Below are positions 28,470 to 37,836 of a stretch of DNA of 64,000 bases, piece by piece; within the stretch, counting starts at the first letter, position 1; each line of letters starts with the position of its first letter. The stretch is taken from positions 9,247-73,246 of the forward strand of contig CAZCGA010000010.1 in assembly GCA_964498075.1 (NCBI GenBank), written 5' to 3'. The DNA comes from an uncultured Candidatus Binatia bacterium (lineage in GTDB: Bacteria > Desulfobacterota > Binatia > HRBIN30). The position numbers and the translations under genes are program-made. The notes below the pieces were generated by a model that saw nothing but the letters and a program-made list of their open reading frames with translations, had not been told where the DNA came from and searched no databases.

Positions 28470-29660
28470 ATGAGGACGATCCAAAGCGTGCGCGCCGGCT
28501 GGCTCGTGGGTGCACTCGGAGCATGTCTTGTAATTGCGGGCGCGGCGCGAGCGGATGTATCCACGGAGCGCCCAGGGTCCATCCTAATCTTCCCGAAGGT
28601 CGTCAACGATGGAACCCGTGACACAATCATCCAGGTTACGAACACCGGAAACATGATTAATCGCCTTCGATGCTTTTACCTCGACGGTGAGCTCGGGCGC
28701 AACGGCCGGCCGATCTGCCAGGAAACAGACTTCTTCCTTATACTAACCAAGCAGCAGCCGACCCATTGGCGGGTGAGTACTGGCCGTGAAGCAAACATCC
28801 TGTCAGCGTTCGGGAGTGAAGAAGCCGGGCTCGATCCGGGTGTGGTGCCAGCCCAAGCGGTAGGATTTCAAGGTGCGTTGGTATGTGTCGAGGTGAACGA
28901 AGATGAACGACCGGTCTCCCAGAGCAAGCTCTTGGGAACCGCAACGCTCCTCGGACGGGTAAAGGGAGACCCGAGCTTGGCGTCGGAGCTGAGTAAGTAC
29001 AATGGAATTGCCATCGCTGGATTGGCGGGAAACAACATGGATGGCGATCTGAAGCTCGAGGCGGAACCGGGCGACGATCCCAAAACCAAGGAGTACAACG
29101 CCTGCCCGGCAACAAACATCCTGAATTTCATTCCGGACGGGGGCTTGGATCCGGTAATCCAAGCGTTCGGAAACGGCGGGATCTGCGACGCCGCTAGCGA
29201 TGTGCCTGGGGCGCCCTGTAATGTGAACGACGCCGGCGCATGTCCCAACGGGTCCTGCGACGCGAGCGTAGCCCGTTCGAGTGTGACGACGAACCTGACG
29301 GTGTTGCCGTGCGATCTAGACTTCCGCAACGGGATCCCGACCACGGTGACCCTGCAGTTTGAGGTGCGGGATGAGTTCGAGACGCTGATCACGGGAGGTC
29401 GCAGGAACGTGACCTGCGTGCAGAGCTTCGAGATCGGCAGCGGCACCCTGACGCAGATGCGGTCCAGTCTGCTGCCGCAGGGGGCCGTATTTACTCAGTA
29501 CGCAACGGTTCGTATCAACGCCACTGTCGGTGGCCCCGTGCTAGCGGTGGCTGAGTCCTTCCATACCGACAGCATCGGTAATACCGCTGCAAGCGCTGAG
29601 AACCTGAGCGTTGAGGGGACCGATCCAAGCGCTCAGATCAAGCTATCCGACGGGCCGTGA
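28470..29660 (+). CDS. Secreted Cys-rich protein, same paralog family (member 3)
   Basis: AAAAGGAGGG precedes the ATG. Signal peptide is MRTIQSVRAGWLVGALGACLVIAGAARA. Family motifs: SILIFPKVVNDGTRDTIIQVTNTGN..LRCFYLDG, KYNGIAI, EYNACPATNILNFIPDG, NLTVLPC, VRDEFE. Confidence 0.75.
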   Translation: MRTIQSVRAGWLVGALGACLVIAGAARADVSTERPGSILIFPKVVNDGTRDTIIQVTNTGNMINRLRCFYLDGELGRNGRPICQETDFFLILTKQQPTHWRVSTGREANILSAFGSEEAGLDPGVVPAQAVGFQGALVCVEVNEDERPVSQSKLLGTATLLGRVKGDPSLASELSKYNGIAIAGLAGNNMDGDLKLEAEPGDDPKTKEYNACPATNILNFIPDGGLDPVIQAFGNGGICDAASDVPGAPCNVNDAGACPNGSCDASVARSSVTTNLTVLPCDLDFRNGIPTTVTLQFEVRDEFETLITGGRRNVTCVQSFEIGSGTLTQMRSSLLPQGAVFTQYATVRINATVGGPVLAVAESFHTDSIGNTAASAENLSVEGTDPSAQIKLSDGP

Positions 29661-29731
29661 GGGGAACGCAGGATGGCGAGGCGCGAGAGAGAATGCGCGG
29701 CGATTGCTCAGGGACCCAAAGGAGACGCACG

Positions 29732-30934
29732 ATGAAGAAGCGGGTATTGTCGATGGCGGTGGTCGGTGGTCTCGCGGCGTTTGGGGCGCTCCTCGGAGTA
29801 CCGCACCGAGGTGAGGCGCAAGCCATGATTGGGTCGGACCGGTCTGCCGGGCTGGTCATTTTTCCGAAGATCGTGGTCGATTCCGCTGGGGTATTTCACG
29901 GGGGTCGAGCGGTCGATACAGTGATTCAGCTTACCAATACGGCGCAGCAAGGGGATTTCAACACCGACGATACTGGTCTGCGATTCGTTCACTGTAGCTT
30001 GGTGAACGCGACTGGGCATTGCGGGAGCTGCGATCCCAACCTGTCCGGCCCGGCGTGCGAGACGAACGCACAGTGCGGACCAGGGGGCATCTGTGAGGCA
30101 TGTTGGAGTGAGACGGACTTCACCTTTTCAATGACCCACGACCAGCCTACCGGTTGGCGCGCCAGCGAAGGAATAGCAGGTAGCGTCGGGAATACACCCG
30201 AGGATCCGTTCGTCGGTGAGCTGAAGTGCTTCGAAGTGAATGGTGCGATACCGCCGGATGCCCTGCTACCGATTAATGCGAATGATCTGATCGGCAAGGC
30301 AACCATTGAGGAGGTAACAGGCGGTGCACCGGGGAGTGTGGACGCGAGAACGTATAGCGCGATTGGAGTGCCGGCTGTCTTGGCGGATGGGTCCGTGCAG
30401 GGCGATGAGGTGCTGTGCCTCGGGTCGAACTCAGCGTCCAGCGAGTGCGCCGGTGCTGAGTACGCGAGCTGTCCCAGCACGCTGATCCTCAACCACTTCT
30501 TCGATAACGTCGGGGCAGTGGAGAGCACGACAACAGACCTTACGCTGGTTCCGTGCACCGAGAACATAGTGGATCCGGATGCGCAACCGATTACGGCAGT
30601 GCAGTTCCTGGTCTTCAACGAGTTCGAGCAGCGTTTGTCTGGGAGCCTTAGGATTAGTTGCTTCAAGGAGACACGTCTATCCAATATCGACCGGAGAGTC
30701 GGCCAGGAGCTGTCCTCCATATTCAACGTCGCCCTTCAGGGGACGTTGGCGGGGCAGACGCGGATTCGACCGGTCACGGGCTCCGAGACTGACACGGGAC
30801 ACGGCCTGCTCGCCCTTGCTGAGGAGTTCCGCACGGCCGGCAGGGGAGAGTTCCGCGGATCGGCCGCGTTCAACGTTGGTTATGCGGGGACGAACGATAA
30901 CAAGGCGGATTTCATTCGGTTCTTGGTCAAGTAG
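29732..30934 (+). CDS. Secreted Cys-rich protein, same paralog family (member 4)
   Basis: AAAGGAG precedes the ATG. Signal peptide is MKKRVLSMAVVGGLAAFGALLG. Family motifs: GLVIFPKIVVD...DTVIQLTNTAQ..VHCSLVNA, TYSAIGV, EYASCPSTLILNHFFD, DLTLVPC, FLVFNEFEQRLS. Confidence 0.75.
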   Translation: MKKRVLSMAVVGGLAAFGALLGVPHRGEAQAMIGSDRSAGLVIFPKIVVDSAGVFHGGRAVDTVIQLTNTAQQGDFNTDDTGLRFVHCSLVNATGHCGSCDPNLSGPACETNAQCGPGGICEACWSETDFTFSMTHDQPTGWRASEGIAGSVGNTPEDPFVGELKCFEVNGAIPPDALLPINANDLIGKATIEEVTGGAPGSVDARTYSAIGVPAVLADGSVQGDEVLCLGSNSASSECAGAEYASCPSTLILNHFFDNVGAVESTTTDLTLVPCTENIVDPDAQPITAVQFLVFNEFEQRLSGSLRISCFKETRLSNIDRRVGQELSSIFNVALQGTLAGQTRIRPVTGSETDTGHGLLALAEEFRTAGRGEFRGSAAFNVGYAGTNDNKADFIRFLVK

Positions 30935-30964
30935 CAAGCTGGGGAGTTGTCGGAAGCTGCGAGA

Positions 30965-31005
30965 GGGCCGACCGTCCGAAGGGACGGCCGGCCCTTGTGC
31001 GTCTT
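30965..31005 (+). terminator. Rho-independent terminator closing the four-paralog operon
   Basis: GGGCCGACCGTCC-gaag-GGACGGCCGGCCC is a 13-bp stem with one mismatch. It is followed by TTGTGCGTCTT and lies 30 nt after the stop at 30934. Confidence 0.65.
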
Positions 31006-31178
31006 GGACGTTCACCTGTTGAACACTTGGAAGCCGTACGCTCAGATCTGTACAGCCTGGAGGAGAATTGCCCCGCCAGGTGTGTGCGGTTGTTGGCGTC
31101 TAGTTGGGCATGCGGAGTGCTTTCGATCCGCTGGCAGTGGCGGGGATTTTGGGTGGGGAGCGGCGCGGTGGCCAGGGA

Positions 31179-31577
31179 ATGACACGAAAGAAGATCCTAG
31201 TGGTCGAGGACAACCTGGATAACAGGAGAATACTAGTCTACCGCCTTAGACGGATGGGAGACTTCGAGATCACTGAGGCCAGCAACGGGCAGGAGGCGCT
31301 TGCCGCGATTGAGGTGGAGGTGCCTGATGTGGTGTTTATGGACCTTAAGATGCCTGTGATGGACGGCTGGGAGGCAACGCGGCGCATACGGGCTCTAGAT
31401 CGAGGGCAACGGATTCCAATCATCGCGTTGACGGCGCAGGCAATGGCCGGTGACGAGCAGAAGGCGCTTGCCGCAGGTTGTGACGACTACATAGCGAAGC
31501 CCATTGTCGATCCCTGCGTGGTACGGGATAAGTTGGAACGGCTGTTGGCAATCGGGCGTGATGAAAGCCGAGCGTAG
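31179..31577 (+). CDS. Single-domain response regulator (CheY-like receiver)
   Basis: Sequence is MTRKKILVVEDNLDNRR...DVVFMDLKMPVMDGWEATRRIR...PIIALTAQAM...AGCDDYIAKP. Confidence 0.85.
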   Translation: MTRKKILVVEDNLDNRRILVYRLRRMGDFEITEASNGQEALAAIEVEVPDVVFMDLKMPVMDGWEATRRIRALDRGQRIPIIALTAQAMAGDEQKALAAGCDDYIAKPIVDPCVVRDKLERLLAIGRDESRA

Positions 31578-31786
31578 AAGTAGGTCGTCTGGGCGCGCGG
31601 GGATGCTGTGGTGCATCCCGAAGGCCATCCAGGGGTTGCCTTTAGGTGGGCACGATCGACCCGCGAACCTAGAAAGCGGAGGAAGAGCGATCCGTGCGGC
31701 CGGTCTTGTGACTATGGTCGGGAGCGGTGAGGGAATTTAGACTCCATCCGCGGTTGAGGAGCCCGCGGCGCTTGAGGAGGGAGCTA

Positions 31787-32026
31787 CTAGTGTGTAGTGA
31801 GGCTCTCATCATCTAGCGGATTCTTCCCGGTGGCCTCTAGTGACAGGCCGTGCCGCGCTGCAACCTCCATGAGCGTCGCCCTTGCTAGCTTGCTCGGTCG
31901 AAAGCGGCGGTTCTCCCATCGGTTGACGGTGCCTACCGTAATTCCCAACTCATGAGCGAACTCCTCTTGCGTCATTTTGAGTTGATGGCGCAGGGAGCGA
32001 ACCATCTGGCTCATATCATCGAACAT
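31787..32026 (-). CDS. XRE-family helix-turn-helix transcriptional regulator
   Basis: Sequence is LRHQLKMTQEEFAHELGITVGTVNRWENRRFRPS. Confidence 0.75.
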   Translation of the reverse strand: MFDDMSQMVRSLRHQLKMTQEEFAHELGITVGTVNRWENRRFRPSKLARATLMEVAARHGLSLEATGKNPLDDESLTTH

Positions 32027-32312
32027 GTGCGTTGCTCCTCCGGTTCCTTCGCAGCTAACCGCTGCATCTGCTTCGGTAGTCGACAGAGCAAGTCAGGTGC
32101 CACGAACGATTCACACCCACCCGGTGCGCCGGCCAATACGCGAACTGTCACGGGTATAGCGAGACCCGAAGAAGGGGGTGCTTTTGGTGACGAATCCGTT
32201 AGGAAGGTGCTTCTTGGTTCATCGCCGTCGGATTTTTCCGGGCATCCGCTTACGCATGACCCGAGTGGCGCTGTGACTGGACTTCTGAAGGCGGCCGCGG
32301 ATGGAGCTCACA

Positions 32313-32756
32313 TCAGGGTTTCGGGGGTGGGCCGGTCGCGATGCGTTGCGGCAGTCCGGAGGCTTCGTTACCCTGCGGGCGAATCTCCTTCGTCTTCAGA
32401 TTGGAGCGCCACACAGCCACTTTGCGTTCGGAGCCCTCCTTCCACAGGAGCGTCACCTCGTACTCTGGCCCGTCACGCTGAATGGCATCCCAGCTGAATT
32501 CGCCGACGTAGATGTCCTGCTCCTTTGCCTTCAGCGAGTAGCCCCGGATCATGTCGTAGAGGCTCTCGGAGCCCGTTGGCTTGAAACTCTTCACCAACTC
32601 GATCGCATCGTTCTTCTTGTCTGCCCAACGCTCCCCGACGATGAGTGGCGCGCCAATGTAGACAGCAAAGCCGACTGCAAAGGCGGCGAGGCTTCCCCAC
32701 CCGAGTATCGCTCCCAAGGAACTCTCGTGCTTTGACTCCGTGTCCTGCGCCATCAT
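32313..32756 (-). CDS. Hypothetical single-pass membrane protein
   Basis: Start MMAQDTESKHE at 32756. One TM helix is present (LGAILGWGSLAAFAVGFAVYIGAPLIV). No family recognised. Confidence 0.45.
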   Translation of the reverse strand: MMAQDTESKHESSLGAILGWGSLAAFAVGFAVYIGAPLIVGERWADKKNDAIELVKSFKPTGSESLYDMIRGYSLKAKEQDIYVGEFSWDAIQRDGPEYEVTLLWKEGSERKVAVWRSNLKTKEIRPQGNEASGLPQRIATGPPPKP

Positions 32757-33029
32757 TTCCCCCGATCCACTGGGCGTGCCGCCGTCGTCATGGTCTCGGC
32801 TTGCGCAATTAGCCGACCGTGAGGCCGAACGCAAGCGGAGCAGAGGTCGGCACCGGGGCCGGCCGCGGAGCAACCCACACGTTCAAAATACGTAGCGGTG
32901 TCAATCCGTTTTCGTTGCGCTGTCGTCGCAGTGCCCACAAAGAATACCGCGACGCCAACGGCGCACTGGCATAGAGCTTGCGGTATCACTCGCGCCATGA
33001 CGCGCGACACGCGTGCGTGAGGTTCCCCG

Positions 33030-34418
33030 ATGGTTGACGCATGGGCTGGGAACCTGCTCGCGAAGTACGAGGAAGAACGAGGCCGATTGACTCGCCGGCG
33101 AACCCAAACGGCCGCACTCCTGGGGATCTCCATCATCCCTTTCTACGGTGTGAGCGACTACCTGCTGTACCCTCGGTATTTCCGGATCTTGCTGATGACG
33201 CGCGTGCTGTCCGTACTGCTGGGTGTCGCCAGTCTGACACTCGTGCGCAGTCACTTCGGCGAATCGTTCCCCTACTTGATTGGAATGACGCTCGGCATCG
33301 GCTTCGCCATGACGGCTTCCGGAGTCCCCGTGTTCCTGCTCGGGTACGGTGTCGTCTACTACGTCGGGTGTATTGTCGTGATTTTCGGGATGGCATTGCT
33401 GCTCCCGTGGCGCTTTGTACACGCGGCCGGGCTGTCGCTTGCGCTTTTGGCGATGTACATCGGTGCTGCCTTGCTGCACGGATCGATCCCCGATTGGCCT
33501 GAGTTCGTGTGCTATGCGTCCATCATCGGCGCCTCGATCGGGATCGCGCTAGTCGGCATGACCGCGAGCGAAGCGCTGCGACTCCGCGAGTTCCGCAGCC
33601 GCGTCGCGTTTCAGGATGAGTTCGACAAGAAGTGTCAACTCGCAGCAGCCCTCGCCGAGAAGACCGCCAAGCTCGAATCTCTCAATCGCGAGATGGAGGA
33701 TCTCCTCTACGTCGCCTCGCACGATCTGCGCGCTCCCTTGATCAACGTGCAAGGGTTCTCGCGCGAGCTCCAGATCGGTTTGGCTCAGCTGCGCAGTCAG
33801 AACGGCAAGTCTCCCGAGACCAGCGCGGTGCTCACCGATACCGACGAGTCACTGCAATTCATCCTGACTGCCGTCGCGCGCATGGACTCATTGATCAACT
33901 CGTTGCTCAGCGTCTCGCGTATCACGACCCGAACGAACCCCACGGAACAGGTAGATTTGAACGGCCTCGTAGTGAAACTCGCGGCGTCGTTTCACTACCA
34001 GCTGACAGAGAAGCAGATCGCGCTCGAATGGGATCCGTTGCCCGTCGTTGTCGGCGACCCCGTCCGACTTGGACAGTTGTTCGGCAATCTCATCGACAAC
34101 GCCATCAAATACATGGGAGACCGCCCGGTGCGCCGCATCCACGTGGGGGTAGACAACGGCGGCGGCGAACGGCGGTTCTTCGTTCGTGACACCGGCCCGG
34201 GCATCCCGAGGGACGAACACGAGCAGGTGTTTCGTCTGTTCCGACGGCTCGCGAACGGCGACTGTCCGGGCGAAGGGATCGGCCTCGCGATGGTTCGCAA
34301 GATCGTTGAGAAGCACGGCGGAAAGATTTGGGTCGATCCGGCGGCGGCACCGGGTGCGACTTTTTGGTTCACGCTGCAAGGTTCGTTACCGGTCTTCGAG
34401 AACGGAGGTGTGCAGTGA
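33030..34418 (+). CDS. Membrane sensor histidine kinase
   Basis: The N-terminal ~190 aa has multiple TM helices. HisKA is LYVASHDLRAPLINVQGFSREL. HATPase_c has NLIDNAIKY, DTGPGIP and GEGIGLAMVRKIVEKHGGKIWV. Confidence 0.85.
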   Translation: MVDAWAGNLLAKYEEERGRLTRRRTQTAALLGISIIPFYGVSDYLLYPRYFRILLMTRVLSVLLGVASLTLVRSHFGESFPYLIGMTLGIGFAMTASGVPVFLLGYGVVYYVGCIVVIFGMALLLPWRFVHAAGLSLALLAMYIGAALLHGSIPDWPEFVCYASIIGASIGIALVGMTASEALRLREFRSRVAFQDEFDKKCQLAAALAEKTAKLESLNREMEDLLYVASHDLRAPLINVQGFSRELQIGLAQLRSQNGKSPETSAVLTDTDESLQFILTAVARMDSLINSLLSVSRITTRTNPTEQVDLNGLVVKLAASFHYQLTEKQIALEWDPLPVVVGDPVRLGQLFGNLIDNAIKYMGDRPVRRIHVGVDNGGGERRFFVRDTGPGIPRDEHEQVFRLFRRLANGDCPGEGIGLAMVRKIVEKHGGKIWVDPAAAPGATFWFTLQGSLPVFENGGVQ

Positions 34419-34906
34419 TGCTGGAGCGGAAAGCAGTAACCATCCTCCTGGTAGAGGATGACGATGGACACGCTCGCCTGTTGGAAAAAAACCTGCGCCG
34501 CGGCGGTGTGAGTAACCGCTTGGTACGGGTCGCAGACGGCCAGGAGGCCGTCGACTACGTGTCGCGAACGCCACCGTACAACGATGCGACGACGCACCCC
34601 GCTCCGAGCATCATCTTGTTGGACGTGCGCATGCCGAGGTTGGATGGCTTCGAGGTCTTGGCTCATCTGAAGAGCGATCCCTTGTTGATGAAGATTCCCG
34701 TCATCATGCTCACATCAACCGACAACCAAGCCGAGATCAATCGCGCTTACGAGATGGGAGCGAATGGCTATGTGGTCAAACCCGTCGGGGTTGAGTCATT
34801 CATCGATCGAGTCGTCAAGCTCGGGATGTTCATCGAGGTCATCGAGCTTCCGGAGCACGAGTGGGAACAGCATGGATCAAGCGACGAGCGACATATTGGT
34901 GGTTGA
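34418..34906 (+). CDS. Response regulator (receiver domain only)
   Basis: The ATG overlaps the kinase stop (GTGATG). Sequence is VTILLVEDDDGHARLL...IILLDVRMPRLDGFEVLAHLK...PVIMLTSTDN...GANGYVVKP. Confidence 0.85.
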   Translation: MLERKAVTILLVEDDDGHARLLEKNLRRGGVSNRLVRVADGQEAVDYVSRTPPYNDATTHPAPSIILLDVRMPRLDGFEVLAHLKSDPLLMKIPVIMLTSTDNQAEINRAYEMGANGYVVKPVGVESFIDRVVKLGMFIEVIELPEHEWEQHGSSDERHIGG

Positions 34907-36323
34907 AGACGACACCGGTCAGGCGCTTCTGGTGCAGCGCACTCTGCGGCGCGCCGGCTTCCAGGTGAGCCATGTCCCCGATGCGGATTCGTGCCTGCGC
35001 CAGGTGCGCCGGTTGCCTCCCACATTCGTTCTGCTCGATCGGGGTCTCCCTGACGCCGACGGGCTCGATCTGCTGCGCTGCTTGCGCGCCGAAGCCCCCG
35101 CGGTGTGCGTCATCATGCTGACCGGTGCCGATGACGCCGCCGTGGCCGTCGACGCCATGCGCATTGGGGCGTGGGATTACGTTGTCAAGCGTCCGGACCT
35201 CTCCCACCTCAACGACCTGCCGCTGGTTCTCGAGCGCAATCAGGCGCGCCTGCGCCTGTTGCGCGAACACCAAGCCCTCAACGAGTCGGTCCGGGCGTCC
35301 GAGGAACGCTTCCGAGATTTGTTCGACAACGCCTCGGACACCATCTTTGTCTGCGACTGTGCCGGCGCCTTGCAGCAGGTGAATCAAGCGTTCGTCAATC
35401 TCACGGGCCGGGCACACACGGACATTCATGGCCGCAACTTGAATGACTTCCTGGCTCCGACCAGTCCCACATCCGCGGAGGGCCTCCGCCAGCGCAGCGC
35501 GCGGCCCGGGCGCTCACCGACCACCGAGGTTCATCTCGTCGCCCCAGACGGCGCCAAGACCGTGTTGGACGTGACCACGCGGCCGATTATGACCGCCGGG
35601 GAGCTGCGTGGATTTCAAGGCATTGGCCGTGACGTGACCGAACGCCGGCAGGTGGAGCAGATGAAGGCCGACTTCCTGGCGATGGTCACCCACGACATGA
35701 AGAACCCCGTCAGCATCATCGTCGGCTACTCGGAGATCCTCCTCAATGACGGTGTTGCCGGCGCGGACTGGCGCGAGATGCTGGTGAGCATCGATTCGAG
35801 CGCCCGCGGTCTGCTGCATCTCATCATGAACTTCTTGGATCTCTCCAAGATCGAGGCGGGCGCGCTCCGCCTGCACCAGGTCGAGAGCAACATCAACGAA
35901 ATCCTCCACCAAGTGGTGGAGTACCAGAGCCCCTTGGCGCGCGCCAAGCGGATCGACGTGGTGGAGAACTTCGCGCCGGTGCCGCCGTTGCAGGTGGATC
36001 GGAGCCAGATGGACCGTATCTTCGTCAACTTGATCGGGAACGCGATCAAGTTTACCCCACCCGCCGGACGTGTCTCCGTCAACACCGCATGCTGCAACGG
36101 GACGGTGGAGGTGCGCATCAGTGACACAGGCCCCGGCATCCCGGCGGAGCACGTGGCGCAACTCTTCGGCAAGTATCAGCGTCTCGCACCCGCGGCGCAC
36201 ACCGAAGGGACCGGGCTCGGCTTGTTCATCGCCAAGTCGATGATCGAGGCGCACCACGGCATGGTACGGGTCGAGAGCGCGCCGAACTGTGGCGCGACGT
36301 TCATCGTCTCCCTGCCCGTGTGA
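34872..36323 (+). CDS. Hybrid receiver-PAS-histidine kinase
   Basis: ATG 34872 overlaps the previous gene by 35 nt. REC is ILVVEDDTGQALL...FVLLDRGLPDADGLDLL...VIMLTGADD. A PAS-like part is ERFRDLFDNASDTIFVCD. HisKA is FLAMVTHDMKNPVS. HATPase has NLIGNAIKFTP and GTGLGLFIAKSMIEAHHG. Confidence 0.85.
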   Translation: MDQATSDILVVEDDTGQALLVQRTLRRAGFQVSHVPDADSCLRQVRRLPPTFVLLDRGLPDADGLDLLRCLRAEAPAVCVIMLTGADDAAVAVDAMRIGAWDYVVKRPDLSHLNDLPLVLERNQARLRLLREHQALNESVRASEERFRDLFDNASDTIFVCDCAGALQQVNQAFVNLTGRAHTDIHGRNLNDFLAPTSPTSAEGLRQRSARPGRSPTTEVHLVAPDGAKTVLDVTTRPIMTAGELRGFQGIGRDVTERRQVEQMKADFLAMVTHDMKNPVSIIVGYSEILLNDGVAGADWREMLVSIDSSARGLLHLIMNFLDLSKIEAGALRLHQVESNINEILHQVVEYQSPLARAKRIDVVENFAPVPPLQVDRSQMDRIFVNLIGNAIKFTPPAGRVSVNTACCNGTVEVRISDTGPGIPAEHVAQLFGKYQRLAPAAHTEGTGLGLFIAKSMIEAHHGMVRVESAPNCGATFIVSLPV

Positions 36324-36332
36324 GCGATCCGG

Positions 36333-36938
36333 CTAGTCCGCTACGGGTTTGTACACCAGGTACTGCCACCCTCCAGCAATTGCGTCCTCGGCAATGGGGT
36401 CGATCTCCACGCGCGCTTTCTCGAACGCGTCGCCGTCCGTCCAGTGTGAGAACGAGCCGACGAAGAGCGGATCCTGAAAGCCACGGAATACGACATGCGT
36501 GATGTGCCCCGCGGACGCAGCGAGTGCTTGCCACATCCTCTCTTCCCGCGCTCGCCACGTGCTGCCGTCCCTGACGAGGCGACCGACGGCCCGTGCCGCA
36601 ATGCTCCCCTCGGGCAGATCCAGCCCCTTGGTTGATGTGAGTGGCCCGACCAGCTCTACGACCAGCCGCTCCGGCGCGGTCGTGAGCACGGCTCGGGCGC
36701 GGCGCTCGAGCGGCGTGCCTTGCAAGTGCTGGCGCGCGCCGTCGACCGCCTTCCTGCCGTCCCATTCGGAATAGATGAGCCGCTGCAGCGGAGCCGTGGC
36801 GACGTAGTAGATCCGATGTGTGACGTAGCCCTGCTTGCGACGCAGAATCTGCCACGCTTCGTGGTCGTACTGCGTCCGCTCAGACTCGGCTCCCGCCCTG
36901 ACGGCAACGGATAGCAGCTCGGCGATCGGTCGCTTCAT
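36333..36938 (-). CDS. Hypothetical protein, possibly two ABM-like (dimeric alpha/beta-barrel) halves
   Basis: Start MKRPIAELL at 36938. There are two similar halves (...GYVTHRIYYVATAPLQRLIYSEWDGRKAVDGA... and ...GHITHVVFRGFQDPLFVGSFSHWTDGDAFEKA...). Family call is weak. Confidence 0.35.
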   Translation of the reverse strand: MKRPIAELLSVAVRAGAESERTQYDHEAWQILRRKQGYVTHRIYYVATAPLQRLIYSEWDGRKAVDGARQHLQGTPLERRARAVLTTAPERLVVELVGPLTSTKGLDLPEGSIAARAVGRLVRDGSTWRAREERMWQALAASAGHITHVVFRGFQDPLFVGSFSHWTDGDAFEKARVEIDPIAEDAIAGGWQYLVYKPVAD

Positions 36939-37053
36939 GCGGCCTACGATTGCTGTTTTTGCCGAATGGGGCAAGCCGTGATGCGGCCTGATCCGTAGTC
37001 GTTCGGCCAAAAACTCTCAGATTGCGGCGATCCCCGCGCGGGAGTGTTCGGGC

Positions 37054-37791
37054 TTACAGCTGGCGAGGCGTGGGCGCGCCACGCACCTCGCGACGCCCCT
37101 TCCGTAGCAACGGTATGGAGAGGATCCTCTCCTCGTGCAGAATTTCCCAGATGACACCGCGCGGACGCGGATGGAGACTCGGGGCGGCAATCACCTGGTC
37201 GGGGGTGATCAGGAAGTCGACCGGGATGTCGTGCCCGCGCATGGGCAACCGCTCCTCGATGATTTGCACCGGATGCACGGTGGTCAAAATGGGCGTGTAC
37301 TCGCGGATCTTGCCCTCCGTGCGCAGTAACGCGTACTCGAGGTCGCAGTAGCCGTCGCCACGCCCCAAGCGCGCCCCCTGGCGGGTCACCGCCACCGAGC
37401 CGCAGATGATCAAATCCACCGGCCGCATCTCCTGTGGCGGCATCAAACGCCCGAACTGCATCGCGCCCTTGATGCTCGCCACACGCACGACCTTGGGACC
37501 GAGCTTCTCGGGATCCAGCTCGACGAAGCAGCGCTCGCTGCGCAACCGCGGGATCGCCATGTATACGATCTTCCCGTCGCGCAAAGCGGCACGCCGGATC
37601 GACAGCTGCGGGGCGTCGGCATTGATCTTGATCACCTTCGCCCGCTTCCACATCGGGAGCTCACACAACAGCTGCGCCGCACGGTCGGCGCCCAGAAAAT
37701 TCGGCACCCGTGCATCGACGCCGGGAAAGCGTGCGACACCAGCCAGCTTTAGCCGCGTACGAACCTTCTGGCGGATCTCATCCTTGGTCAT
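37054..37791 (-). CDS. 5-formyltetrahydrofolate cyclo-ligase family protein
   Basis: N-terminus is MTKDEIRQKVRTRLK. The C-terminal motif GARLGRGDGYCDLEYALL resembles the G-x-G-x-G-Y-Y-D signature. Confidence 0.6.
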   Translation of the reverse strand: MTKDEIRQKVRTRLKLAGVARFPGVDARVPNFLGADRAAQLLCELPMWKRAKVIKINADAPQLSIRRAALRDGKIVYMAIPRLRSERCFVELDPEKLGPKVVRVASIKGAMQFGRLMPPQEMRPVDLIICGSVAVTRQGARLGRGDGYCDLEYALLRTEGKIREYTPILTTVHPVQIIEERLPMRGHDIPVDFLITPDQVIAAPSLHPRPRGVIWEILHEERILSIPLLRKGRREVRGAPTPRQL

Positions 37792-37836
37792 GAAAAACAA
37801 GCTACGAGACGAAAAAAACCGGTACTACAAGCGTGC

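Noticed and set aside
31599-31620. Hairpin GGGATGC-tgtggt-GCATCCC after the response-regulator gene, considered as a terminator.
   Set aside because: It is a perfect 7-bp stem but has no downstream T-run. It is too weak to call.
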